From Octopus vulgaris (Eukaryota): a DNA stretch of 64,000 bases. The first letter of the stretch is position 1, and each line of letters begins with the position of its first letter. This document shows positions 1 through 13,701 of the stretch, one piece after another. Below the pieces are notes generated by a model. That model was not told the DNA's origin and searched no databases. It was given only the letters and a program-made list of their open reading frames with translations. The stretch is taken from the NCBI GenBank assembly GCA_951406725.2, contig OX597821.1, positions 61,938,001 to 62,002,000 on the forward strand, given 5' to 3'. Both the position numbers and the translations under genes were made by a program.

Positions 1-19
1 ATCCTGGTGTTATTGTTTA

Positions 20-24
<5 letters not shown>

Positions 25-50
<26 letters not shown>

Positions 51-51
51 G

Positions 52-140
<89 letters not shown>
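25..140. repeat. (TA)n/(TG)n compound microsatellite, representative of dozens in the window
   Basis: Direct sequence. Similar tracts at about 850-935, 3055-3205, 42000-42225, 50750-50840 and 57290-57390. Confidence 0.95.
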
Positions 141-142
<2 letters not shown>

Positions 143-846
143 TCAGATGTGTAAATATTTGTGTATGTACAAATATAACTTCACAAAAACGAACAGAACT
201 GGAGTTCAATATTTACAGCAGTTTCTCCGGCAGTTTTTATTTGAAGCATTCATAGATTCTGTCAAGGCAAAAAGCCGTTATCATCAGGTACTTATGCTTC
301 AAGCTGAATTTTAATTAGCTTATAGAACCGGTTGATGAATTGCAAAAATGCATGGTCTTATAAATTATAATAAATAAAAAAATAAAGAGAAAAGAAAAAA
401 AATACTGAAGAAAGTATTAAAGTTGAGACACCAAACAAAGCGTTTGGTTGATAAAACCTGTCACTGCATATCAGATATTAGAGCACACACGTAGATTTAA
501 TATTATATATGTGCATTCATAAAACATACACATACCTATATACATACACAAATATGAACACTTTTATACATACCACATATATGTATACATATATATAGAA
601 AAATATACGCATACACATACATACTCTCATAAACACGTACATATACTCACAAATGTATATTTGCACTCACACTCACACACATTTATTCATATGTATGTTT
701 CTAAACTTTAGTTCTATTTGTAAACAATCAGACGTGTCCGTGTTCAGGATATACATCTATGCTCATGTTTAACTTATCTGTGCATATATACAGGCAAGCA
801 CATATTAACACAGATTCGTGTGTACACACATACACGCGTACGTATT

Positions 847-913
<67 letters not shown>

Positions 914-1208
914 GTGTGCGTGTGTGTGTGTGTGTGGCGGGGTGCGAGCATGCATGTGGATAAAAATAAATGTACGCACATATACCCATATATACATGTG
1001 CATATACCCATACAAACACAACTCCAGATATTTTCACGCAAATTCATATGTAAGTAAGAACACATGCATTCACGGTAAATTATATCTGCACGACTTAATC
1101 ATTATAGTATTACTATAATTTAAAAAAAAAATGAAATAACAGAACCAAATGTAGCCACCAGCGACATCAGAATAAACAAGATAAATAATAATAATAATAA
1201 TAATAATG

Positions 1209-1284
<76 letters not shown>

Positions 1285-1325
1285 TAATAATAATAATAAT
1301 AATTATTATTATTAGTATTATTATC

Positions 1326-1881
1326 ATGCCCTGATGCAGTACCAGGCAGTGGCTCTCATGGCTTCTGATCTTAACTGATTGAAAGTGTTATCATGTACAT
1401 TGTTTTGTCTTGGTATAAAAGATGGGCTACAGCAAATATTCTGCTCAATACCACAGATTTGCTTGTCAGTTGTTTGACCTTAACCAGTTGAGCATGTCCC
1501 TTAGTGGCTGACGATATGTGCATCTCTGATCACGAGCAGAAGTAGTGGGGGAGCATCATAGCCATGTGTTGAGAGGGATTCTTTGGGGTTTGAATAGTTC
1601 ACCTCTGGAAACATGGGTGGTTCTTTCAACATCCTTAAACAACCCTTATTCAGGGACCGTTTGAGCAGGATGGGCTACTCAACCTGAAGAAAATTCTAAC
1701 TGGGCCCCACCTGCAAGGTCATGTGCTGTTTATCTTGTTATGAGATCACCATGTCGCGCACATATGGTTGTGATGCATGTGCCTGGTGTGCCCTTATCAG
1801 ACGGGTAGTCATGATGGGTATATTGGGCTTCGTATATTTTACCCCAGTGTCACTTTGATGGCATGAACTGCTCTCTCACTC
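1326..1881 (+). mobile_element. Non-coding element inside a (TAA)n tract; probable 3' end of a Dong/R4-clade LINE
   Basis: About 555 bp GC-richer island between (TAA)n at 1185-1303 and 1882-1964, ending ...CTCTCTCACTC-AATAAT. Dong elements are known to target TAA repeats. No ORF is visible, so the clade is inferred. Confidence 0.6.
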
Positions 1882-1965
<84 letters not shown>

Positions 1966-2574
1966 TAGCAGATCACAGATAATAGATTTTACAAAATAGA
2001 ATCGTACCTACGTCAGATTATCGAATATCTTACCATTTATTAGTTGAAGATGTAACCAGCAAGTATAAAATATGGGGCAACAAATTTCGCAGATGATACT
2101 AACAACTTCAGATAATATGCACAAATGCATTAGAAGGTATAAGTATTGTTAGGAAGCACATTCACAAAGGGCTTAATACGGGCGAATATAAGTTTAGCAT
2201 TATGGAAGCATGGTAATTGTAGCTCTTTAGACGTGTTGAGAATATTATCTGGATATTCATCGATTTCGTACGATCAGCGCAACACAGAGTGCACGCATAC
2301 TTTTTATTCAACTGTGGTGATGCTATCCTTAGAATGTTCCAGACAATATTGAATTTAAATGTTTCATCTTTCAATTTCTACACTTTTTTCTGAAAGTGAC
2401 GTAATACTAGCCTTATCACGATTAATCCCCTTAACAATCGTGTTAAGGCAGAAAAAAGTGTGGGGATTAAAAGAGAAAAAAAATCCATTCAAAATTGCCT
2501 GGAGCATTACAAGAAAATTCGCACCATACTTTGACAACATGAGTGGCTTCACTTTTTGCTGGATTAAATTGTCC

Positions 2575-2861
2575 GAAGTGTAGTATATACCATCAAATGT
2601 AATGGATACAGAGAAGACTACACTGGACAAACTAAACTCTGTTTAAGAATGAGATTAAATATTCATCGACAACAAATACATAATCCAAAACCTAGGCAAA
2701 TTTCATTTAGTAAACATCTTGAAATATACACGAAAACAAATTCTCGCAGATTTCTTGTCTTCTCCAACTATCAATGTGCATACAATATTCGAATCCAAAC
2801 AAAAGTGATTAAAATGAGATTGTTTATGAAGAAATACAAGCCACTGCTGAACAGACAATAA
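2575..2861 (+). mobile_element. Penelope-like element GIY-YIG endonuclease remnant
   Basis: Translation VVYTIKCNGYREDYTGQTKLCLRMRLNIHRQQI...FMKKYKPLLN matches the PLE GIY-YIG pattern (VY-x-I-x-C...Y-[IT]-GQT...R...H). Confidence 0.85.
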
Positions 2862-3051
2862 CAAACATCAGTAATACACGATTCCGATTCCCTATGAATT
2901 AATGATTGTAGAATATCTACACTTTTAAAAATCTAATGTGAAACCAGTAAATTGTATGGGAAAATACATTTAATTTCTAATTCATTTTAATATATCCTCT
3001 GTGCATTTTTAACTCCATTACTTCTATTCCTCCTGTTGTTTGGATTAGCAA

Positions 3052-3200
<149 letters not shown>

Positions 3201-3313
3201 TATAGATCAATAAATGGTGGGGTTGTGTTGACCGCACGTGGAGAAATGATAAGCAAGGAAAAATTGTAAAAATGCAGAATGTTAAATTGATATATTTTAC
3301 ATATATATATATA

Positions 3314-3349
<36 letters not shown>

Positions 3350-3402
3350 CATACATGCATGTATATATATATATATATATATACATATATATATACTACA
3401 TA

Positions 3403-3900
3403 TGTGGAAAATTGTTTGTGGTATTGTTAGCTAACTCCTCCTACATCGTTTTATTGATTTTGATGAAACTTGATGCGTGTGTAGAACTCATGGCTAGAAA
3501 CCTCCTGACATACTTAGATTGTTAAAAAATCGATAATACGGCCCCTGGAAGGGGCCTTTTTATTTACATCTTATAACTAATTTTCTTGAAACACCCAAGG
3601 GAAATAACCCATAGCACCTGCACAATATTTTTAAACACTCAAGGGAAATAAACCATTTTGTGTTCGATTACTTAGAAAATTGAATTTTTTTGTGTGTCCT
3701 ATTTCTAATTTTTGCAGACAATATCACTCTTATACTTTATTTGACACGTGAGTAGAACTCATGTCTGAAGACTTGTGATACACTTAGATTGTTTAAAAAA
3801 TCGATCATAGGTGCCCTCCACTGGATCCTTGTATCTACTATATATTACTATTTTATTTACAAAAACCCAAGGTTAATAACCCATACCACCTGCAGTTTTC
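3403..3900 (+). mobile_element. Helentron/DINE-1-like non-autonomous element with an internal ~270 bp duplication
   Basis: Core motif GATTTTGATGAAACTTG at about 3456. GTAGAACTCATG...ACTTAGATTGTT..AAAAAATCGAT and CCCAAGG..AATAACCCATA occur at both ~3480-3620 and ~3750-3895. Confidence 0.5.
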
Positions 3901-4619
3901 AACGAAGCGATCAATATTTGATTCTCACGATCAACCGACCTAATTCTGCATTTCACTCCTCACAGTTTTGAACTGCTAAACAATATTATTTCACTTCCTT
4001 AATTTAAAGACTTCATTCATATATTTCTATACATACATATATTTTGAACAACCATTAGTACGATGATTCTGCATTTTACAGTTACACGCTTTCCATGACA
4101 GTAGATTATTTTATTCCACAACGTATTTGTAGTGACTTCAAACAGGAAAAGCATGGATTCGATCCTCGATTGCCAAATTTCACTTAACACTTTAACATAA
4201 CACTTCAAATAAAAATAGATTTTCAGCGTAAACACTGAAGCGAAAAATTTAGCCAATCCATTGTGTTTGGAGTACTTTTATTTATATCGTGATTGTGGGA
4301 ACCATACTGTGTATTGCTTAGCTCGATTTTCTTCACTGTTTGACTGGAAGTAAAGCTGAGATGAGTGCTCCTGTCATTTATTTAGGGTTCGTGCTACGTC
4401 AACTCTTTACATTTTGTTTTTTCGGTTAGCACATCGAAATACAAAGTGATTACTCATTGTTTATTCAGGAGGTTACTGGCACGTTTAAAGCATTGCATGT
4501 ATGCATATGTTTCTATATTTCCCTGTATATTAAACTTAATAACGCTTTCTGTATGCATATTTATATTTCGCCGTATGATGTATATAATTTACATTATGTA
4601 TATAATTTACATAATCGAA

Positions 4620-5035
4620 CAATTCTATGAGTTTTAATTAAAGTATAGATATGTTTTAAATAAGGAATTTTTTAGAGAGTGCATTCTAAATTCTGCCTTA
4701 GTACAATCAGAATAATTTTAATATCTACATGAAGCAACAGAAAAGGACAAAGAAGAATTGCTTTGTTTCAATAAACTTTCTGAAGTACCTGAATATATTA
4801 GATTTAGTGCATATCATGCTCATCAAATTCGAATAGACGAGTTAATTCCATTCTACGGAGTTTTATACAATGGAAATGAACGTGACAAATTTAATAATAG
4901 AAAAATCAAATCATGTCTCAAGCTGTTATGCCTGAAAAACTTGTAGGCTTTCCACTTTTTACTTTTTCTTTAAATTTTCATATATATATTTTTGCTCGCT
5001 TAACAAGTAAGTTATATGAAACTATTTTCAGGTAT
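4620..5035 (+). repeat. Old dispersed repeat, copy 1
   Basis: Colinear similarity by eye to 7515-7915 (ATGAGTTTTAAT..TATAGAT; TGAA.CA.CAGA.AAGG; TAAACTTT; TCA.CAAATTC.AA; T.ATGTCT). Confidence 0.5.
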
Positions 5036-6542
5036 TAAGTTATATTAAGCCAATCTAAAGGTAAATTGTTAAAAGGTTATTGTTGCATTCGTGTTTTAGT
5101 TCAGATAATGGAGCATTACGTCTTTCGAAAAAAAGTGACTTGTAGGTATTTAACTATCTCTCTTGCCATATAACGATGCATAAACACACATATATACATT
5201 AGTTATTAATACAGGTAAATAGGCAAAATACATATGTTCATACAGATAAATAGGTAATTGAAATTATACCCACGCACCAGTATTTCTATCTATCTATATA
5301 TGTGTGTGTATGTGCGCATGTGTGTGTACAAATATATATGTATATAGATGTGTACACACACACGTGCGCGTGCGTGTGTGAGCGTATGTGTATGTGCAGT
5401 GCAGGATACGGTATTTGCATTTTCATAATGCAACCCTGATTCTATTACATAATTAGCGGAAATTATTCATCTACTAAATGATATTACACAAGTAGGGTCT
5501 CACAATTTTTTTACTTTTCTTTCCATGAATTATGCAATGTTGATGTCCGTAAAGCATTTGTAGGATTCTTCGAGGCCATAAATAAATGAAACCCTTTGTG
5601 TGCACGTTTGTCCCTAGTGCTTTGGTAAAGTTTGGAAAGGAAACAAATATGATGTGATACAATTAACCGTAAAAAAAATTGCGAATTGTACCATCGAGCG
5701 ACAGTTGTCGAGTATGATATATTTTCTTTTATTATTACAATCGCTGTCATATTCATTTTCACTGCAAGTCTAAGCTTATAAAGAATGTTATTTTGTGTCA
5801 TTTGCCATTACATGTACCTTTAGCACACTTAGAAATTCAGAGTATTTAAAAAATCCAATTATGCTATTACTTTAATATCCCCCAAATACTTTTGAATGCA
5901 GAGACTGATTATGAGATTGTTGCTTTAGTTAAAGGATTTACAGTTCTTTGGTGGGGGGAGAGAAAACTTTCATCCGATTTGCAATGTAAGTGACGCGATA
6001 AGATTTCTGTCAGTAAAAACACGTCTGGTACACAATGTATTACATATAACACAATTTTCGCGAACTCATGAATTTTTAATATGGTGGAAATATTATTAGG
6101 GATTGAGTGAAAGTATAGATATGGCTACGATTCGATTTAACATAGTTATTGACTTAAATTCTAAATGAGTATTAATATAATCTTTGTATAGAAGTAGTGA
6201 GATATATATAACAGCTAACCGAAAATATTTTCATAAAAGCAGTGAATAAGTATAAAGGTAAAATAAAATGAAATCAAAACTCCAATATATATTACATTAA
6301 AAAAGATCAAACACACAGAAAACAGATCTCCAAACGTAATTGTGATTAAACGATGATTTATTTTGTTGTCCACACAATGTCTAATATATTAAGTGTTTCC
6401 GGTAACGTGTGGATGTATTAAATATATTCCAGCTTGGCGTACCCAAGGAGGATGCAACTGTTCTATATATATTTCCGTATAGGAGTGGCTGCATTTTATA
6501 CCAATAACTTGATCACACTCTATAACAGAGAAAGTGACATAC

Positions 6543-6590
6543 CAGCAGGGGTCTGCATCTGGTGGTCCTTTGGAGTCACTTAGAATTCTA
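6543..6590 (-). CDS. Candidate coding exon 2 of an unidentified host gene (48 nt, phase 2-2; (S)RILSDSKGPPDADPC)
   Basis: Acceptor tacattcag and donor CTG|gtatgt. Only one frame is open, and it is phase-compatible with the exon ending at 7017. Confidence 0.5.
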
Positions 6591-6973
6591 CTGAATGTAT
6601 ATTTATAGAGAATAATATAGAGAGGTAATTTTTCGTCGAGACTCAAGCAAAATCAAAAACTGAGATGATTTTCACATTCGTGTCAACAGGATTGTGTTAA
6701 AAACATAAGCACACACAGGCACATAACACACACACATACATACATATATGCATACATACTACGTACATACTTATAGATGTATGCGTGCGGGTATATATAC
6801 ATATGCATATATATATATGTATGCATACATATATATATATATAAATAAAAATAAACATACATACATGCACACACACACACATATATATATGTATATATAT
6901 ATGAATATGTGTATATGTGTATATGAATGTATATATGTACATATATATATACATATACATATCTATCTATATG

Positions 6974-7011
<38 letters not shown>

Positions 7012-7016
7012 CATAC

Positions 7017-7066
7017 CTTAATGTGTCAACAGTTGGGGCTGCAGAGGACATGCGATGAGGTTCCAT
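7017..7066 (-). CDS. Candidate first coding segment of an unidentified host gene (MEPHRMSSAAPTVDTL)
   Basis: aagATGG start context with an upstream in-frame stop, donor AAG|gtatgt at 7016, and a possible acceptor ctacatag giving an exon start at 7145. GC-richer than its flanks. Confidence 0.5.
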
Positions 7067-7514
7067 CTTAGTATTCAATTTCAGTGGCTTAGTTAATTTC
7101 TTTTGCTTCAATTCGAACGATATATTAATTTTAAGGAATTAATGCCTATGTAGTAGTAATAATAATTTTAAGAATTCAAACGTGTGTCTCAAATATTGTT
7201 CAGTGTTGAACGGTAAGGACCCTCGTTGGAATGGATGACTCAGTCACATAATTAGTATCGTATTTATATCGAAAATTATTTATTTACAGTTTAGCAAGGT
7301 TGAATTCGATGCGACCAACCTTCTCTTAAGAAGAAAATTATTTGTTTTAAACCCACGTTACTCTGCATCTCTTTAGGAAAACTCCTGCAAACAAGATATT
7401 AAGCATAAGCGTGATAAAGCATTTTCGGTTTGATTCAGTGCTCCTTCTTCGTGTATTCCTTCGCCAGCTAATGTATACAATTTAAACTATACTAATAAGC
7501 ATCGCAATGAAAAA

Positions 7515-7915
7515 GTTTTATGAGTTTTAATAAAAATATAGATAGATTCTAAAACCAGAGCTTTTAGCGAATATATTCTCAGTTCAGCCTAACAACTAAG
7601 ACGATCTAAATATTCCTCAATTAAGTGAAACAGCAGAGAAGGTAAAAGCAAAATATTTTTTCCGTAAACTTTTTTACGTACACGATTAATTTTGTTTTAG
7701 TTTATATGGTAATCAGCAAATTCTAAATGGAATATTTAGTACAATTCTATGCAGCCACACAGTAATTTTGAACGTATCAAAGTTAGAAAGTAAAAAATAT
7801 TATGTCTTATACTCATATTTGATAACTGAATCATTTCTAAATTTACCAACATTATTTTCATTAGTTATACATATACTTTTCCTGCATTAATAGGTAATTT
7901 ATATTAAGTAGCTTC
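7515..7915 (+). repeat. Old dispersed repeat, copy 2
   Basis: Degenerate colinear match to 4620-5035. Confidence 0.5.
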
Positions 7916-8373
7916 GTTGAAATTATTTCAAATTAATACACAGGGTACTAGTAATGTATATAAAAATTAGTAAGTGATTTCATTTATATAAAGTGTAATT
8001 TCTTGTGATATTACTGATTGCAATACCTGTTTGATAATTAAAAATTTACGTAATTTCGTTTTTTCATTGCAAAATAAGTATCCATTAATTCGAACGAAAC
8101 ACATATATATTTGTCCATGAAGGTATACATTAGGTACACTCATAAGCCGATACAAAGTACACACGTATTCTCTAATTAATAAAGTTATATGTTAGTTGTG
8201 AATAGCCCTGTCCGTCCTAGTCTGGACATTTGACTATATATACTTGTATTTGCATATATACATATATATAGATATAGGAAAATAAGCTAGTTATTCATCT
8301 ATCTGTGGTCTTGCGGAAATTTTGTGGCTTGTGCAAATGTGTATGCACTTTGGTTTATGTGCCCCAGCATACA

Positions 8374-8600
8374 TTTCTTTACTGCCCACAAAGGGCTAAA
8401 CATAGAGGGGACAAAGAAGGACAAAGGGATTAAGTCGATTACATCGACCCCAGTACGAAATTGGTACTTTATTTATCGACCCCGAAAGGATGAAAGGCAA
8501 AGTTGACCTCGGCGGAATTTGAACTCAGAACGTAACGACAGACGAAATACCACTAAGCATTTCGCCCGGCGCGTTGACGTGTCTGCCAGCTCGCCGCCTT
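8374..8600 (-). mobile_element. tRNA-derived SINE family A (Nin/Deu-domain-like)
   Basis: Head AAGGCGGCGAGCTGGCAG, B-box GAGTTCAAATTCC and core GCCTTTCATCCTTTCGGGGTCGATAAAT. Many copies in the window. Confidence 0.9.
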
Positions 8601-11600
8601 AGTCACAGCCTCATGGCTGAAATATATAAATGAATATACATATTTACGTAATATATATACACATGCATACATTCATAAAAAACGTTCTCACAAACGTACT
8701 CGTCCCCTAGCATCCACTTTAAAAGAAGAGACTTTGATCAACTCAGAACTGTAGTAGAATGTAAAGGGCTCGTGTTACTGGCTCGACCAATGAACAACTT
8801 GTTGACAAACAGAAGTTCTTTAAAAACACTGTCGTGCCTACATCTACATTGTGTTTATCACACCAACCTTATAATGGAGATATCGATTTTTTTAATATTC
8901 AATACAGATGTAGGTATTGATTAAATATTAATTAAAGCTTTTAAAAAGACTCACCTTATCCACGGTTATATTAAGTATTTGTATAAACTTTTATCGCGTA
9001 TTAGTCATCAACTTTTGTACTTCTTTTGGTTTATTGCACTACGTAATTATTTCATGTTAGGTTTTTAATACTCTATAAACTGCAGCCTACAATTTTAAAA
9101 AGAAGGAATTTATTTAATAAGGCGTTGGTACACAAAGAAATAATAATAATACCATGATCACAGCTTTAATGCTTTTGATCATACTTCTGTGGATATGGGG
9201 TTAAACTGTAAGAACAACAATTTCCTCCTCGGCAGTTAATTACCAATGCTTGACAACATTCATCCATTAAACTGTTGTTGGCACTGTCAATTATTGGTAC
9301 AGAATCTGTTAGTGACTCATTTATTATCAATGATAAATATGCTAATGCATTACACAGTATACTTTGAAAGGGAAGAAAAAAAACGCTTATTCTGGCTTAA
9401 ACTCCAAACTTATTAATGGTCTGACTGACAAGTGAGCATATTTTTAATATTAGTTTCAACTGCAGTGCTTCCTGATTGCAGCATAGCAGCTTGACCTGAA
9501 TTCTCTTGTATATTTGTGAGTCGTTGTTAAATAATTCTACAGATCATGCTAATTTGTTGGTGAGAATACAGCTTCGTGATCATGTCATCCTATCTTTCCC
9601 CGTTCTGTGTGACGCTGGCGTAAAGTGTCGGGGTGATGCATCTACTATGACTGGAATTAGAAAATAGCTTCGAACCTCGATAGTTGGCCTGTGTCACAAG
9701 AAATGAAATTTTATTTTTATAGAATGATATTTGTATGTCTGTGTGTATGTATGTGTGTGTGTTCGTATGTGTGGGTGTTTGTACTTCCGCGCACGTGTAT
9801 AATGCAAAATATTAGAACAGTTTTAACAACTGTTCGTTTTGGATTTAGACAATTAAAATTTAAATGTTTTCACGAAATGATATTTAAGCATTTAGAGAAA
9901 TGTACGATTACCATAGTTAAACTTCTAAATATACACTAATTTTTGACAATAAATAACTTCCTGTAATATTCAGCTAGAAAAGCCAGAGAAACAAGAGATA
10001 CAAGAAAACATTTAAATATTTTCGGGGAAAATTCATTAGGTGTTTTGCCGATTGATGCTGAAGTCGCACTATATCTCATTTCACTGCAGCAAAGTCATCA
10101 GCAAGAAAAGCGATAGAACTAAATGCGGGAAATATCACGTTTTCTCCATTTACAGTACTGGGAACCACCTCGTAAGTTCTCTGTTCGGTAATCTGAAAAA
10201 TACATAGTAATTCAGCTTGGACCTCCACACAGATTCATAGGGATAAGATACTCTAATTATATAAAATTCTGGTAGCGACAGAATTAGGAATAAATTGTGG
10301 GGCAGAAGAATAAAGTGTATATGTTATTTATCGTTTACACTAAAGCATTCGGTACTGGTGTGACTATTAGTGATGCTCATTTTGGCAGGAACTCTACATT
10401 TTGATTTCACTGTAGTTGTGAGGCACGTTGCTTGGCATCTCGCAGCACCTTAATTCGCAATTACTTGCATGGTGGTTACTGTAAACTCAGCCAAAAGTAT
10501 ATACATGCCGGGCACTGGCATAGTTCCAAGTTTTTAAGTTGTTACATCTCCATGAAAAGACGGAGTCGCCTATATTTCTGAGATAAATGCGGCTTACATA
10601 GCATCGAGTAAACTAATAGAATAACACAGTCGCGTTTTATAACAAATGCTCAATTATTAAATTGTGATTATGGCTCATAAAGCACTGGTGTTAAAGAATC
10701 GCATGTATACGAAAATATTTCACCTCAGGTTTTCGTTATACTGTGGAATTATACATTGTCTACAACCAAATTAAACAGTAAAACTATGCATATCATTAGA
10801 GGAGAAAATGTGTCATCAACTGTTTGATGTATCATTTCAGACAGGATTGTAAATGTATATACATAGAGTATGTAGGGTATATGTACCTTAAATTCCAGCA
10901 TATTCATAATTTTAACTATCATAGAGAATGACAAAAAATCAGAGAGAACTGGTTCAGTGATGACATTTTGATAACAGTTTACAGCCATTATACTAAAGAG
11001 TAAACGTTACTGCGTAATTAATGATATCAATATCTCAAAATTTGACCCTCACTCCTCAATTCAACAAGATGATCACATTATAATTAAGGTCGCTTCCTGA
11101 TAGAAAATTGCAGTGTTTAACAATTCTTGACTACCTCTGTCGTATCATTGGAATGCTTGTGTTATGTCTGAGTAACGAACTTCTAATTTTCCCCTCTGTT
11201 TTTTTTTGTTTTTTTTTTTACTTGTAAATGAATATCATTTCACGGACAAATATATTCTCTTTCTCCTTTTGCAAGAAGGAGAAGCATCTTGCGAGTGAGT
11301 CGTGTCAATTGCTTCAAAAATATCCGTCGGTAAAATATACATGTATGTACACATAGTCTGTTGGCATGTTTCTTTTGTATGTCTGTTTTTTCTGCTTTTA
11401 TTTTTCTAGTAACAAATATTGCGTTGTGCATTGATCTTGAGATCTGTCAGAGCAAAATGTAGAGTGGAATGTCGTTCTGAGGATATAATTCTAAGAAAAA
11501 AGCTTTCGAAATCTATTTTGTTTCATATTGTATATCTCAAGCTGCTCAAGACAGTTATACATCAACGTAATATAGAATGTGTCTTGCTTTGCTATCACCA

Positions 11601-13205
11601 TTACGTTTTACGGGCTTCTGCGGTATTTTAATTTTGTTCTCAGATGGCATTCTTCGCATGTCTAATGAAGTCAGTATTCAAATCTACTTGTATCCTAGCT
11701 AGATTCGTTTATGTTGGTGATAAGAGATATCGAGAAAAACTTTACAGATAGCGAGTATCTGGATTTCGTCGTGTTATCACTATATCAAATATGCATAGTA
11801 AATAGAAAATGCTGTAAGCATTTGTGGTAGCAATTTGTTTTCCTTAGAGATTTGTACTGAGTTATGTGTTCCGGGTGTGTAAATTAATCAGTTTTTATAT
11901 TTCGTGATAAAAATGATTACACACTAAATCTGCAAATGAGAAGATGAATAACCCAAGCATAATCATCGACTAGATTATAGAGCACAAGACGTATATCTAC
12001 GTTGATTGTTCTAGTATGTTGATAACATTTTGAAGTAACTTAATGCATATACAAATACTGGCATACATAGTATTTAAGCATAAATCTTAAGACAAACAGC
12101 ATATATATCACCTGTTTTTAAACTAATAAATGTATATACTTAAATGGGAATAGTGAACGGCCACACACACATAAAAATAGCCGAGGTGATACTAAATATA
12201 GCTACAGAGAATAGCATAATAGGCTCATCTAGAACTAAGCATTAGATACACAAGTTTTTAGACTAAACAGTGAACAAGTAGGAGCCTGAAATTCTATCAA
12301 AATAAAATATAAACGTATAAAACACTGCAGACATAAATTCAAAGCAGCGTAATAAATAGGTCAGAAACAGCATCTTCAAAAATAGCAAACAATTGACATA
12401 AAAGTATTAAATTAAAAACAAAAGGCAAATGCTCATTGATTTTTGTAAGAGATGACGGACATATGAAAACATCAAATACGAGAACAAACGAAAATTGCTC
12501 CAAACCATAAACGAACACTGACACACACTATAAATAAATGACTAAATAAAATACACATAATTAAAATAAAACGAGAAAAAAATTAGCCATATTTTAAATT
12601 TCAAACTAGAATGATTAAGTCCGCCAAAGTAACCTTTGGCAAAAGATCTTTACAAATGACTGCAAGCTTGAAAACGTTAGACATTAAAAGGCAAAATACT
12701 ATATCGTTCATACAAGTATGACATTCTCTAACCAGATGACCATGTACAGACACGCCATCTTTGTTCACGGAAAGCGCTAGATATTTTAAAGGTCGGTCGC
12801 ATTATATTATAAACAAACGAAAACGAATTTATTATTCATTGCAGGTATTACAATACTTGCGTGCTTTCCAATAATCCAAAATGAAACTGAACTCTCATTT
12901 CTATTCATTAAACCTAGTATGATAATTTAGGTTATAATAATTAGAAACAGTTATGTTATATGATTATTATAATCATAATTATGTTTAAGTTCTCACCTTT
13001 TAATTTGCATTTTTCTTATTTCTAATATTATATTTTCCAAACTTTTCTACTTGAGCATGTTTGTATTTGAATATATATCAATTTATACTTATATCTGATT
13101 ACGTGCGTCTATTCGGAGACAAACTGATAAATATAGATATATGTACATATACTGATATATATATATACACAGATATATATATATGTATTTATGTATACAC
13201 ACACA

Positions 13206-13269
<64 letters not shown>

Positions 13270-13294
13270 AGTGTTTTCATTCAAAATGGAGACG

Positions 13295-13626
13295 AACACC
13301 ATTCCTTCATGTGACCGGGGTTTGAAAAATTCTGAAGATATTAAGATATTTTCTGGAACCAATTTTAGAATACGTTTTAGAATACGAATAAAGAAATATT
13401 ATCTACTAATCCTGTGTGCCCCTTCTGTCCGGCAGTCGCCACGATAGATCGGTACCCACTACACACATTTTTTTCTCTCTCCTTGCTTCTCTCCTTGTTT
13501 TTTTCTGTGTCCCTTTTTGTAGAACAGCGTAGGCTCGAAACGTAAAAGTCTTTTTCTAGTCCTGAGCGTTATACTAATACATCTGTTTGTTTTGTACACC
13601 ACCTGTCTTCGTTTTTTTTTTATCGT

Positions 13627-13632
<6 letters not shown>
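13295..13632 (+). mobile_element. PLE-like 3' end fragment with a degenerate hammerhead-like motif
   Basis: AGCGTAGGCTCGAAACGT...CCTGAGCGT..CTAATACA block shared with 18225-18345, 43860-43945 and 55065-55150. Confidence 0.55.
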
Positions 13633-13657
<25 letters not shown>

Positions 13658-13660
13658 TTA

Positions 13661-13694
<34 letters not shown>

Positions 13695-13701
<7 letters not shown>

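Noticed and set aside
8374-8600. tRNA genes suggested by A/B boxes
   Set aside because: These are SINE heads continuing into core and tail sequence, with no intact cloverleaf.
11255-11300. Second plus-strand microexon (ttttgcaag|AAGGAGAAGCATCTTGCGA|gtgagt)
   Set aside because: AAG acceptor is weak and ambiguous, with no supporting frame.
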